Part shown: piece by piece, positions 1-9,571 of the stretch
How positions within the stretch are numbered: position 1 is the stretch's first letter
How the letters are laid out: the number at the start of each line of letters is the position of its first letter
NCBI GenBank assembly: GCA_041937175.2
Contig: CP166615.1
Span: 4,128,001-4,192,000 of the forward strand
Direction of reading: 5' to 3'
Source: Limnothrix sp. BL-A-16
GTDB lineage: Bacteria > Cyanobacteriota > Cyanobacteriia > CACIAM-69d
DNA length: 64,000 bases
Position numbers and translations under genes: made by a program
The notes under the pieces: model-generated
What the model was told of the DNA's origin: nothing
What the model saw: only the letters and a program-made list of their open reading frames with translations
Database searches by the model: none

Positions 1-1868
1 CGCTGCTGCGCACCGAGGCCTTGGCTCGGTTGGGCGATCGATTGCGTTGTGGCTTTGTGACCGTGCCGGAGCGCCACGCCAACCCCACGGGCCCCACCAT
101 TCGCCTGGCCGTGGCCCAAATTCGCAGCGATCGCCCCCAGGCCCAACCGGATCCCCTGGTGATGGCCCAAGGGGGGCCCGGTGGTTCCACCCTGATGCTG
201 CTGGAACCCTGGTGGGAAGCCATCGCCGCCACGCCGGGCCTGGGCGATCGGGACTTGGTGCTGATTGAGCAACGGGGCACGCAATTTTCCCAGCCCTATT
301 TGTTTTGCCAAGAAATCTACGAGGTCGATCGACAGATTGCGCCCCAACTGCCCCAGCTCAGCGAGGAAACTATTAACCAAAAAACCCTGGCGGCCTATGG
401 GGCCTGTCGCGATCGCCTTTTGGGCCAAGGGGTGGATCTGGGAGCCTATAACAGTTGGGAAAATGCTGACGATATCCCGCTGGTGATGTCCGCCCTGGGC
501 TACGACCGCTTCAATTTCTATGGGGTGTCCTACGGGACGATGCTGGGCCAACACCTGATGAAGCGCCATCCCGATCGACTGCGGAGCGTGATTTTAGATG
601 CGGTGGTTCCCCTGAACACCAACTACATCACCGAATCCTTGCACAGTCACGATCGGGCCCTGCGGCAACTGTTTGAACAATGTCGGCGATCGCCCGTTTG
701 CCAGCGGGAATATCCCCGTCTGCAAGAAACCTTCCAAGCCGTGGTGGCCCAACTGGAGCGCCAGCCCATCACCACTGAAGGCTTTGACGCGATCGCCTAC
801 GTGGATGCGCAACTGCAAGCGGGGCGATCGGGCCGAGTCCTGGCCGCCAATGGTGAGCAATTTTGGCGCACCGTGGCGATCGACGGCGATGGGCTGGTTA
901 ACCTGGTCATTTCAGCGCTCTACGACAGCAGCTTAATTCCGCAACTCCCGGAATGGCTGCGTGAAATGCGATCGGGCGACTGGTCTTCCCTCACGGAGCT
1001 AGCGTCCGATTGGTTCAGCCCCCTGGCCGACGGAATGCAACAATCGGTGCTTTGTGCCGAAGAAGCCGGATTCAACACCCCCATAACCACCGACTTGGGC
1101 AGCATCCTGCCGGAATTACGCCCCCTCAGCACCGATCCGCAAGAATTTCTAGACAGTTGCCGCCTCTGGCCGGTTCCCACCTTGGGCCCCGAAGCCAACC
1201 GTCCCGTGAGCACCAACATTCCCACCCTGTTGCTGTCGGGCAACTTAGATCCGGTCACGCCGCCACCCTTTGGCAATCAGGTGGCTGCTAGCCTGTCCCA
1301 TGCCTATCACTACACCTTTCCCGGGTTGGGCCATGGGGCCTTTGCCAGCAGTGATTGCGCCAACCGCCTGGTTCGCGATTTTTTGCGCAATCCAAACCAA
1401 GCTCCCGATGGGCGCTGTGCGGCTCAGGTGCAATTTATGCCCCAAGTGCCGATGATTCCCGCCCTGCACGCGATCGCGGTGTGGGGCACGCGAGTTCGAT
1501 CGCTCGTTCCCTTGGGTTGGCAGCGAGATCCGATCCTGACCAACCTGTGGCGATCGCCCGCAATGGAACTCAATGAAGGCCGAATCAGCTTCACATGGGT
1601 GGTGGGCGAAACCGGCCCCCAAGCCTTGCAACGATTGGGATTGACCGTTCCACTGACGGCCCAAGGATCCCAACAAGCGGGCGGGCGTACTTGGCAGCTT
1701 TACACCAGCCCCCAAAACCCGGTGCAGGTGGCCACCACCACCGACGGCCAGGATACGTATCTCATCGCAGTAGAAAGCTTGCGCCAACGATCGCGCCAAG
1801 CCATTTTGCAAGGGGCGATCGCCGGGTTTCAACTGGCCCCCGCCATTGCGTTGCCGCCCAAGCCATAA
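1..1868 (+). CDS. Alpha/beta hydrolase (TAP-like peptidase/esterase), probably 5'-truncated by the window edge
   Basis: GGPGG motif, GVSYG nucleophile elbow, LDPVTP (Asp) and GLGHG (His). The frame stays open upstream of the TTG at 21. Confidence 0.8.
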   Translation, partial: LLRTEALARLGDRLRCGFVTVPERHANPTGPTIRLAVAQIRSDRPQAQPDPLVMAQGGPGGSTLMLLEPWWEAIAATPGLGDRDLVLIEQRGTQFSQPYLFCQEIYEVDRQIAPQLPQLSEETINQKTLAAYGACRDRLLGQGVDLGAYNSWENADDIPLVMSALGYDRFNFYGVSYGTMLGQHLMKRHPDRLRSVILDAVVPLNTNYITESLHSHDRALRQLFEQCRRSPVCQREYPRLQETFQAVVAQLERQPITTEGFDAIAYVDAQLQAGRSGRVLAANGEQFWRTVAIDGDGLVNLVISALYDSSLIPQLPEWLREMRSGDWSSLTELASDWFSPLADGMQQSVLCAEEAGFNTPITTDLGSILPELRPLSTDPQEFLDSCRLWPVPTLGPEANRPVSTNIPTLLLSGNLDPVTPPPFGNQVAASLSHAYHYTFPGLGHGAFASSDCANRLVRDFLRNPNQAPDGRCAAQVQFMPQVPMIPALHAIAVWGTRVRSLVPLGWQRDPILTNLWRSPAMELNEGRISFTWVVGETGPQALQRLGLTVPLTAQGSQQAGGRTWQLYTSPQNPVQVATTTDGQDTYLIAVESLRQRSRQAILQGAIAGFQLAPAIALPPKP

Positions 1869-1937
1869 CCCCGGACTGATTAGTACCGAATTAATTAGGC
1901 TTTAGCCCCTGAGTTCCAGCCCATGGGTGCTCACTCA

Positions 1938-2780
1938 TCAGCTCATGGGCGTAGGTGTCGGGACAACCATCGCCGGGGCCGGCCGGCCCCGGCGCGCCAC
2001 CTCCACAAACTGGCTAACCCGGTTCGGGTCGATCGGCAAATCCCGCCGGCCTCGCCGCTTCAGGGAACTGGCCACAATCACCCCATCCGCCACTTCCAGC
2101 AGTTGCGCCACATTGTCGTAATTAGCCCCGCTGCCCACAAAGATCGGCGTATCCCCCGCAGCGGCCTTGGCTAACTCCAAGTCTTCGATATTGGGCGGGC
2201 TGCCGGTGGCCCATCCCGACAAAATGGCCCCGTCGGCCAAACCGCGCTCGATCGTGTCTTGCACCGCCACCGTTAAGTTGGGTGACCCGATCGGGCGAGC
2301 ATGTTTCACCAACACATCCGCCAAAATCTTGACATCACTGCCCAGTTCCCGCCGGTAACGCAGGAGCTGGTGGGCCTGGCCTTCAATCAATCCCTGATCG
2401 GTGGCCATCACCCCCGACAGCACATTGACCCGAATAAAGTGCGCCCCGGTGCAAGAGGCGATTGCAATGGCCGAATGGGCATCATTGCGCAACACATTCA
2501 CCCCGATCGGTAAAGTCACCAAATTTTGTAAATGGTGAACCACCAGCGTCATGGCACTCACCACCGCCGGATCAACCGCATCTTTCGGAAAAGGGGCATC
2601 AAAAAAATTTTCCACCAAAATCGCATCCACCCCACCGGCAGCCAGCGCCACTGCTTCCTGTTCAGCGCGCTCAATAACTGCCTTAAGGCTCAGTCCCCAC
2701 CGCGCAGAACTCGGCAGCGGCAACAAGTGGACGACTCCAATGATTGGCTTAGGATGTTTAAAGACTCGATCTAGATCCAC
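1938..2780 (-). CDS. btpA: Photosystem I biogenesis protein BtpA
   Basis: IIGVVHLLPLP, ENFFDAPF, GVNVLRND and DVLVKHA motifs. Start is likely the GTG at 2780; the ORF-track extension is repeat-derived. Confidence 0.9.
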   Translation of the reverse strand: MDLDRVFKHPKPIIGVVHLLPLPSSARWGLSLKAVIERAEQEAVALAAGGVDAILVENFFDAPFPKDAVDPAVVSAMTLVVHHLQNLVTLPIGVNVLRNDAHSAIAIASCTGAHFIRVNVLSGVMATDQGLIEGQAHQLLRYRRELGSDVKILADVLVKHARPIGSPNLTVAVQDTIERGLADGAILSGWATGSPPNIEDLELAKAAAGDTPIFVGSGANYDNVAQLLEVADGVIVASSLKRRGRRDLPIDPNRVSQFVEVARRGRPAPAMVVPTPTPMS

Positions 2781-3293
2781 GCAAAGACCTGAAAACTCGG
2801 CGAAACACAGCGGCGTTGCTAGCACCCCCCATTCTATCGAGCTTAGGGATCCCAGTCGGGTCAAATTTTCGGGCAAATTTTGAGGCCAGTTTTCGGGCGC
2901 GTTCTCGGGCAGGTTTTTGGGCACAGGGTGCGCCGTCGATCTTCATCCATTTCTGAGTCGGGTTTGGGGTGGTGTTTGGGGTGGTGTTTGGGGTGTCTCC
3001 CTGTCCGCTTATTTGCAGAGTGATTTCGACCCCATCCACCCCTGTAGTTAATGCCCATAAACTCATGCCCAGAAAATCCTGAATTCCAAGACTCCTTAGC
3101 CAGAGCAGAGCAAAACCTGTCTGGGAGGCACAAGTATCTTGAAAACACAATATTTTACCCTGCGAGATGCGAGAGCTTATCCCACTCTCCCCTGATAGCT
3201 ACGAACTCATTTCTAGAAAATATTCATATAAGAAATACATTTTCGAGGCTAAGATGAAGGCCGAAGATTGTTTAGTACAGAGAGATTGGTGAA

Positions 3294-4907
3294 TTGATTC
3301 CTCAAGACTTTTTGAGACAAATTGCGAAGGAGCATAGTGTCTCGAATACCGAGCTGGATGTGCTGGCCGCAGCCATCAATGGTGAGCCGATGAATGCCAT
3401 TGCCCAACGCCTAGGAATCCGCCCAGAAGCGGCCCGTAAGCGCTTGGGTGAAGTGTATAAAAAGTTTCATATCGCTGGTGCTGGGCCAGGAAAATTGGCC
3501 AAGCTGCAGCAGATTTTGGTGTCTCAGTATCAAACCCGCCAAACACAAGGGCCGATCGTGGCAATGCCGGTCACCCCCGAAGTGGAAGTGGGCGAGTTGC
3601 CGCCTCAATATGATTGGGGAGAAGCGCCGGATATTTCGGCTTTCTATGGTCGTGCGCAGGAGCTGACCGCCCTGCAAACCTGGATTTCTCAAGATCACTG
3701 CCGTGTGGTGGCCTTGCTGGGGATCGCGGGGATTGGCAAGACGGCGTTGGCGGTTCGTTTGGCTCGATCGCTCGAGGAGCAAGAGGAGTTTGAGTTCATC
3801 ATTTGGCGATCGCTCCGCCATGGGGTTTCGCCTCGCGAAGTGATTGGCCGGTTGGTGCAAACCTTGTCTCGCAAGCGCCAAACCTATTTGCCCGACAGCA
3901 CCCATAACCGGATCACGTTGCTGATTGACTATCTGCGTCAACACCGTTGCCTGTTGGTGCTGGATGGGGTGGAGTCCGTACTGCGTCAGGGGGATATCTC
4001 CGGGCAATACCGCGACGGGTTTGAGGACTATGGTGAATTGCTGCGCCGGGTGGGTGAAGAGTCACACCAAAGCTGCCTGCTGCTCACCAGTTCTGAAAAG
4101 CCCCGTGAGGTGGCTCGCCTAGAGGGGAATACGCTGCCGGTGCGGGTGTCGCAGTTGGGTGCATTGGGCCCCGATGAGGCGGGTGAGATTTTCCGCGACA
4201 AGGGCTTGCAAGAGGAAAAACTCTGGAAAGAGTTGATTGATTTGTATCGGGGAAACCCGCTCACCTTGAAGATTGCTTCGACCACGATTCAAGAACTGTT
4301 TGGCGGTCGGGTGTCGGAGTTCCTGAAGCAATCGACGCTGGTGTTTGGGGATATTCGCGATTTGTTGCAACGCCAGTTCGATCGCCTGTCAGATATTGAA
4401 CGGGCGATTGTTTATTGGTTGGCGATCGAACAGCAACCCCTGTCTTTGAGCCAACTGCGCGATAAAATTTCGATTCCGTTCTCGCAACCGGAATTAATCG
4501 AAGCGTTGGAATCCCTGGGCCGGCGATCACTGATTGAGCGTGGCGCGGCCGGTGGGGCCATGTTTGGTCTGCAACCGGTGGTCTTGGAATATGTGACCCA
4601 AGAGTTTACCGATCGGGCTTGCTATGAATTGCAAGACCTATTGCGTACCCAAAAAATCGATCGCCTGGATCTGTTCCGTACCCATGCCCTCGAAGCCTCT
4701 GAGGGTAAAGACACGGGGCCAATTCTGCCGGCCGTGAAGGATCGGTTGCGGAAGCTGATTCGCAACGATCGCCAGCTCGAAGGTCAGCTCGATCGGGTGT
4801 TGGCTGTTTTGCAAGCCAAGTTTCCCCTCGAAGTGGGCTATGCCACCAGCAATGTCCAAAGCGTTTTGGAGTCGCTGCAGGTGGATCTGCCGCCGGTTGA
4901 AGCCTAG
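3294..4907 (+). CDS. N-terminal HTH (LuxR-like) plus NB-ARC/STAND NTPase, without C-terminal repeats
   Basis: N-terminal helix-turn-helix-like IAQRLGIRPEAARKRLGEVYKK, DWGEAPD..FYGR, Walker A GIAGIGKT, Walker B LLVLDGVE and GNPL motif. Confidence 0.85.
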   Translation: MIPQDFLRQIAKEHSVSNTELDVLAAAINGEPMNAIAQRLGIRPEAARKRLGEVYKKFHIAGAGPGKLAKLQQILVSQYQTRQTQGPIVAMPVTPEVEVGELPPQYDWGEAPDISAFYGRAQELTALQTWISQDHCRVVALLGIAGIGKTALAVRLARSLEEQEEFEFIIWRSLRHGVSPREVIGRLVQTLSRKRQTYLPDSTHNRITLLIDYLRQHRCLLVLDGVESVLRQGDISGQYRDGFEDYGELLRRVGEESHQSCLLLTSSEKPREVARLEGNTLPVRVSQLGALGPDEAGEIFRDKGLQEEKLWKELIDLYRGNPLTLKIASTTIQELFGGRVSEFLKQSTLVFGDIRDLLQRQFDRLSDIERAIVYWLAIEQQPLSLSQLRDKISIPFSQPELIEALESLGRRSLIERGAAGGAMFGLQPVVLEYVTQEFTDRACYELQDLLRTQKIDRLDLFRTHALEASEGKDTGPILPAVKDRLRKLIRNDRQLEGQLDRVLAVLQAKFPLEVGYATSNVQSVLESLQVDLPPVEA

Positions 4908-5190
4908 GAGCCATCGTCATCGGCTGGCGCGAGGCTAAACCGATTGAGTTTTGGTGCGTCAGTGGCCGTAACAAGGGGCTTAAGCCCCTTGTCTCTCCTG
5001 GTCTGCTCGCCGTAACAAGGGGCTGGAATCCCTTGTCTCTTATGGTCTGCTCGCCGTAACAAGGGGCTGAAGTTCCTTGTCTCTCCTGAATCTGCTCGCT
5101 GTAACAAGGGGCTGAAGTTCCTTGTCCCTCCTGATCTGCTAACGGCAAAATCAGGCTTTTGGGTGATTCGACCTCAATCAAGACCCTCAC
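4905..5190. mobile_element. Degenerate MITE (family 1) containing four tandem palindrome-bearing units
   Basis: Left end TAGGAGCCATCGTCA and internal GCGAGGCTAAACCGATTGAGTTTTGGTGC resemble the copies at 17080 and 48299. The right boundary is approximate. Confidence 0.6.
4965..5140. repeat. Four tandem 44-45 bp units, GCCGTAACAAGGGGCTKRAR...CCTTGTCTCT...TCTGCTC
   Basis: Units start at 4965, 5009, 5053 and 5098. The first contains the perfect palindrome ACAAGGGGCTTAAGCCCCTTGT (4971-4992). Confidence 0.9.
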
Positions 5191-5265
5191 TTCCTCTCTC
5201 TTCCGCTTGCTTGGAGAGCCAGGGGGTGAGGTTTTTTGATTGGAATATGCATTTTTGACCAACGC

Positions 5266-5667
5266 TCAAGAGGCGGCCCCAGTTTGACCATAGCCCGCTT
5301 GGCCGTAGTAGGTGCTGTAATCCATATGTAAGCGAGGATTCAGCAAATCTGAGACCGGGTGATTTTGCCGCAGATGTTCCTCAACAATCCTAGACACATC
5401 CGCTGGTGCTACCCGGGCATACCAAGTTTCATCCGGCACAATTCGCACACTGGGGCCCAAGTGGCACTGGCCATGACAATCGCTGGCGGTAACGGTGACC
5501 CCCGCTGGTAAGGCGGCGCTCTGGAAAGCGGCCAGCACGGCTCCCGATCGATTGCGGTAGCAGTGAACGTTTTGACAAATCAGGATCGATCGCCCATTTT
5601 CCCCAGCACCTAACTCGGCCGCAGGCTGGTTTTGGGATTGGAGTTCAGAATCAGCGGCGTTGGTCAT
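5266..5667 (-). CDS. Thioredoxin-like (2Fe-2S) ferredoxin
   Basis: CQNVHC...CHGQC..GP motif followed by WYARV...IVEEHL. Start at 5667 is inferred. Confidence 0.8.
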   Translation of the reverse strand: MTNAADSELQSQNQPAAELGAGENGRSILICQNVHCYRNRSGAVLAAFQSAALPAGVTVTASDCHGQCHLGPSVRIVPDETWYARVAPADVSRIVEEHLRQNHPVSDLLNPRLHMDYSTYYGQAGYGQTGAAS

Positions 5668-5883
5668 AGCGGTAGCCGGGGCTTGCTTGGGTGTGTTTGG
5701 TGTGGAGTTGGGCGTGGAGTTGGGTGTGGATTGGGGCGCGGAGTGCGTCACGGGTGGCTTTCGAGGTAGTGGAATGGATGGGGCAAGGAGTCTGGCCAGG
5801 AGTCGAGACCGCCATCCCTCTGATTCCGCCATCCCTCTGATTATGATGGTTCAAGAAGCGAGTCGGAGGCGAAGGCAACCCCC

Positions 5884-6819
5884 ATGGGCGATCGGACGGC
5901 CATCCCTTGGCTGTATCTGTGGCAAGAAACCCGGCAAGGCCTGCGACGGGGCGGCTGGATGAATTGGGCCGCCGTGGGCACGGTGGCCGTGTCCCTATTT
6001 CTGTTTGGCATTAGCTTGCAGGGCACTTGGTATCTCGATCGGGCCCTGGCCAAACTGGGGAGCCAACTCGAAATTTGCGTGTATTTGCAACCCGGGGCCC
6101 AAACCGCCGCCGTTGCCCGATCGATCGCCCAGCTCGAAGGCGTGGTGGCCGTGCAAGTGATTCCGAAAGATCAAGCCTGGCAAGCATTGGTTCGGGATTT
6201 GGGCATTTCGGATATTGCCCGCGCCACCCAACAGTTGGAAGGCAACCCCCTCACTGACGAGCTGAAAGCCCAAGCGGCCCGGGCCGAGCTGACTCCCCAA
6301 CTGGCGGCCACCATTGCCCAATTGCCCGGCGTGGATGCGGCCCGGTATGCGGCGGAAGTGGTGGTGCGGCTGCGGGAGCTGGATTGGGGGCTAAAGGTGG
6401 TGGCCACGGGCACGATCGTCCTGTTGGTTTCCGCCGCGATCGCTACGATCATCACCGCCATCCGGTTGGTGGTGGCCGCCCGTCGCCAAGAAATTGAAAT
6501 TGCTCAACTGGTGGGGGCAACTCCTGTTTGGATCTATCTGCCCTTCATTCTTCAAGGGGCGGTTTTTGGGGTTCAGGGAGCCTCGATCGCCAGCTTGGCT
6601 GTCATGGCCTTGCAACAGGCCCTCGGTTCCTTGCTCAACAGCCGCTTGGGATTGGTGCAACTGCTGGCCCGAGACTTGCCCCTCACGGGTTCTGACTTGC
6701 TCCTGTTGCTTTCGATTTTGGTAGGGTTTGGCTGTTCCGTGGGTCTCTTGGGCAGCTATGTGGCCGTGCGTCGCACCACCAGCGACTTGGCGATCAGGGG
6801 CGCGGAGTTTGAGGTTTAG
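5884..6819 (+). CDS. ftsX: Cell division permease FtsX
   Basis: LRRGGWMNWAAV N-terminus, ARRQEIEIAQLVGAT..WIYLPFILQG motif and four TM segments. Confidence 0.85.
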   Translation: MGDRTAIPWLYLWQETRQGLRRGGWMNWAAVGTVAVSLFLFGISLQGTWYLDRALAKLGSQLEICVYLQPGAQTAAVARSIAQLEGVVAVQVIPKDQAWQALVRDLGISDIARATQQLEGNPLTDELKAQAARAELTPQLAATIAQLPGVDAARYAAEVVVRLRELDWGLKVVATGTIVLLVSAAIATIITAIRLVVAARRQEIEIAQLVGATPVWIYLPFILQGAVFGVQGASIASLAVMALQQALGSLLNSRLGLVQLLARDLPLTGSDLLLLLSILVGFGCSVGLLGSYVAVRRTTSDLAIRGAEFEV

Positions 6820-6900
6820 TCCAAAATTGCGATCGACCCCAAGCATCAAAACCGTTGATTAACCCCAATCCCGAAACTCAGGTCTGAGGAGGCTTGTTTG

Positions 6901-7503
6901 ATGTTGCTTTCACACCGTTTGGCCCCTGCGGGGTCTGTGGCTTGGGTGCGCCCATGGCTCGATCGCGCGTTGGTGGGTTGTTTGGCTGGGGCGATTGCCC
7001 TGGCGCTATGGTTCGTTGGCCCCAATGCCGCCTGGGCCTTGGGTGGCCCGCAGCCGGCCTTGAATGCTCCGGCTCCCGATTTCACCCTGCCCAGCAACAG
7101 CGGTGATGGCATGATTTCGCTGCAAGATTACCGGGGCCAGTGGGTGGTGCTGTATTTCTACCCCAAGGATTTCACCTCCGGCTGCACGATCGAGGCCCAG
7201 CGGTTCCAGCGCGACTTGCCCCAATATCAAGCCCGTAACACCCAGATTTTGGGAGTTAGCGCCGATGATGTGGACAGCCACGCGGAATTCTGTGATGCGG
7301 AGGGGCTGCGTTTTCCCCTGTTGGCAGACACCGACGGGGCGGTCAGTCGGGCCTATGGTTCTTGGATGAATCCCATGTCCATGCGTCATACCTATCTGAT
7401 TGATCCGGAGGGGATGCTGCGCGATCGATTCTTGAAGGTGCGGCCAGTGGTTCACAGTGCGGAAGTGTTGGAACGGCTGGATCAGTTGCAGAAAGTCGGC
7501 TGA
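6901..7503 (+). CDS. Peroxiredoxin (BCP/PrxQ family) with N-terminal signal/TM segment
   Basis: LYFYPKDFTSGCTIEA peroxidatic Cys motif. Confidence 0.9.
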   Translation: MLLSHRLAPAGSVAWVRPWLDRALVGCLAGAIALALWFVGPNAAWALGGPQPALNAPAPDFTLPSNSGDGMISLQDYRGQWVVLYFYPKDFTSGCTIEAQRFQRDLPQYQARNTQILGVSADDVDSHAEFCDAEGLRFPLLADTDGAVSRAYGSWMNPMSMRHTYLIDPEGMLRDRFLKVRPVVHSAEVLERLDQLQKVG

Positions 7504-7590
7504 TTGACGGCCGGGGCGATCGAAGTAGGGTGGAATTGGCCGAATTCATAGATTGAATTCATAACCTTGAGCTGAGGAGTTGCGATCGCG

Positions 7591-8541
7591 GTGGCTGTTC
7601 CCTCTTGTTCCCTGTCGATCATGGTGGCGCGTACGGATTTGCCATTCATGATGCATACCATTCCGCACCTGGTTCGGAGTTGTAACTTTCCCTTTGTGGA
7701 GCGGGTGCTGTTTGTGGACACGGCTCCCCTGTCTGGCGATAAGGTTCAGCGTCCGGGCCTAGGGACGATTGAGCAGTTGCGGGCCGCCTGCCAAGAACTG
7801 CTCGATCGCGGCATTGTCGATCGGCTCGCGGACATGGACTATGGCCAACGGCCCCAGGTTTACCGCAAACACTTCGGTTGGCCCCTGCCCCACACCCACA
7901 ACTGGAAGGGCTATCCCATCTTTGGCAGTCTCTACGCCCTCGAAGCGATCGCGGGTGATTATTTGCTGCACTTCGACAGCGACATGATGCTTTATCAAAA
8001 GCCCGGCCACGATTGGATTTCCGAAGGGGTGGAACTGCTCAAGGCCCGGCCCGATGTGATGTCCGTGCGGCCGTTGACGGGGCCGCCGGCCGATGCCATG
8101 CATCAGGTCAAACCTTTCACCCAAGACCCCGATGGATTTTATCGCTTCAAATTCTTCAGCAGCCGGGCCTTTTTGATCGATCGCCGTCGGTTTGACCAAC
8201 TCCTGCCCTGGCCTATTTTGTGGCATCGATCGCCCCGGCCCTGGTTTGACCAACTCCCCACCGTCCTGCGCACCGCCTTGTATGGAACCACCGGGCGCGG
8301 CCGCCTAGACTCCTGGGAATTAATGGTTTCCAAACGGCTGGAACGGGGCCCCTGGTGGCGGGCGGTGTTGCCGTCCACCGATGCTTGGACGGTGCATCCC
8401 AATTTGCGGTCGCCCGAATTTTTAGCCGCCCTGCCGCAAATTCTGGCCAAAATTGAACAGGGTTGGTATCCTCCGGAACAGGCGGGTCAATATGACTTGC
8501 AAATTCAGCCCTGGTTGGCGGCCCTGGCTACCGAGAATTAG
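7591..8541 (+). CDS. Putative glycosyltransferase (GT-A fold)
   Basis: YLLHFDSDMM DxD motif. Lies directly upstream of a sugar transferase and gmd. Confidence 0.55.
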   Translation: MAVPSCSLSIMVARTDLPFMMHTIPHLVRSCNFPFVERVLFVDTAPLSGDKVQRPGLGTIEQLRAACQELLDRGIVDRLADMDYGQRPQVYRKHFGWPLPHTHNWKGYPIFGSLYALEAIAGDYLLHFDSDMMLYQKPGHDWISEGVELLKARPDVMSVRPLTGPPADAMHQVKPFTQDPDGFYRFKFFSSRAFLIDRRRFDQLLPWPILWHRSPRPWFDQLPTVLRTALYGTTGRGRLDSWELMVSKRLERGPWWRAVLPSTDAWTVHPNLRSPEFLAALPQILAKIEQGWYPPEQAGQYDLQIQPWLAALATEN

Positions 8542-8664
8542 CCACCGGAATTGGCTCGATCGCCCCGGTAGTCAGTTCTTGAAGCGTATTGTCCGGGCCG
8601 GACTTTCGGAACCAAGCCTTATCATTAGGCTCAGGTGTGGTGTGAACAAACTTGAAGGAGTGTC

Positions 8665-9369
8665 ATGCTGGCTAAGAGTCCTTCCGTTGCCAGCCGGGCC
8701 GGGCGATCGACCTCCCGTCGAAGCCTCGGGCCTGCCGTTATCAGCAACCTGAATGCGGACTTTGTTAAACGACTGTTTGACATCGTTTTTTCTCTATTTG
8801 TACTGATTGTTTTTTCGCCGCTGTATCTACTGCTGATTGCCCTGGTGGCCTTCAGCTCGCCTGGCCCGGTGTTTTATACCCAAAGTCGCGTCGGCAAAAA
8901 TTTCCGCCGCTTTCGGTGCATCAAATTTCGCACCATGGTGGTGAACGCCGATGAAATGTTGGCCGCCATGATCGCCAAGGATCCCGCCCTGCGGGCCGAA
9001 TATGCCGCCACCTGCAAGCTCAAGCGCGACCCTCGCATCACTTGGATTGGTCGCCTTTTGCGGGTGACCAGCTTGGACGAATTCCCCCAGTTTTTAAATG
9101 TATTGCTGGGGGATATGAGTGTGGTGGGGCCGCGGCCGTTGGTTCCCGAAGAATTGCCCATGTATGGTCGTCACATCCATAAGGTGCTGACCGTGAAGCC
9201 GGGAATTACCGGGCTATGGCAAGTGTCGGGCCGCAACGACATTCCCTACGATCGCCGCATTTCGATCGATGTGTACTACGCCAGTGCTCGGAACCTTTGG
9301 CTCGATATTTGGATCGTGTTAAAGACCCTCTGGGTGGTAATCGCCACCAAGGAGAACGGCGCTTACTAG
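8665..9369 (+). CDS. Polyprenyl-phosphate sugar transferase (Bac_transf, priming glycosyltransferase)
   Basis: KRLFDI, KFRTM, SLDEFPQFLNVLLGDMSVVGPRP and KPGITGLWQVSGRN motifs. Confidence 0.92.
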   Translation: MLAKSPSVASRAGRSTSRRSLGPAVISNLNADFVKRLFDIVFSLFVLIVFSPLYLLLIALVAFSSPGPVFYTQSRVGKNFRRFRCIKFRTMVVNADEMLAAMIAKDPALRAEYAATCKLKRDPRITWIGRLLRVTSLDEFPQFLNVLLGDMSVVGPRPLVPEELPMYGRHIHKVLTVKPGITGLWQVSGRNDIPYDRRISIDVYYASARNLWLDIWIVLKTLWVVIATKENGAY

Positions 9370-9571
9370 GCCCGAGCGTTCTCGATCCATCAGCAATGAC
9401 CCGCAACGATCGCCCGCAACAATGCCCGGTGGTTGGTGGCGGCCTTGCTCGATCGTCATGGATAATGGCGACGGTTCGATCGCGCTTGGGTTGCGGTGCT
9501 GTTCTCCCTTCAGGTTCGATCGCCCAGCCCAGACGATCCCAACCCCCCTTCAGTCGTAAATCCTGTCCCTA

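Noticed and set aside
4965..5140. Possible CRISPR array (palindromic repeats at a 44-bp period)
   Set aside because: The intervening sequences are near-identical rather than unique spacers, the period is too short and no cas genes are present.
4606..5262. 218-aa minus-strand ORF with QGTSAPCY/RGLSPL repeats
   Set aside because: It is a translation of the palindrome array and antisense NB-ARC sequence.
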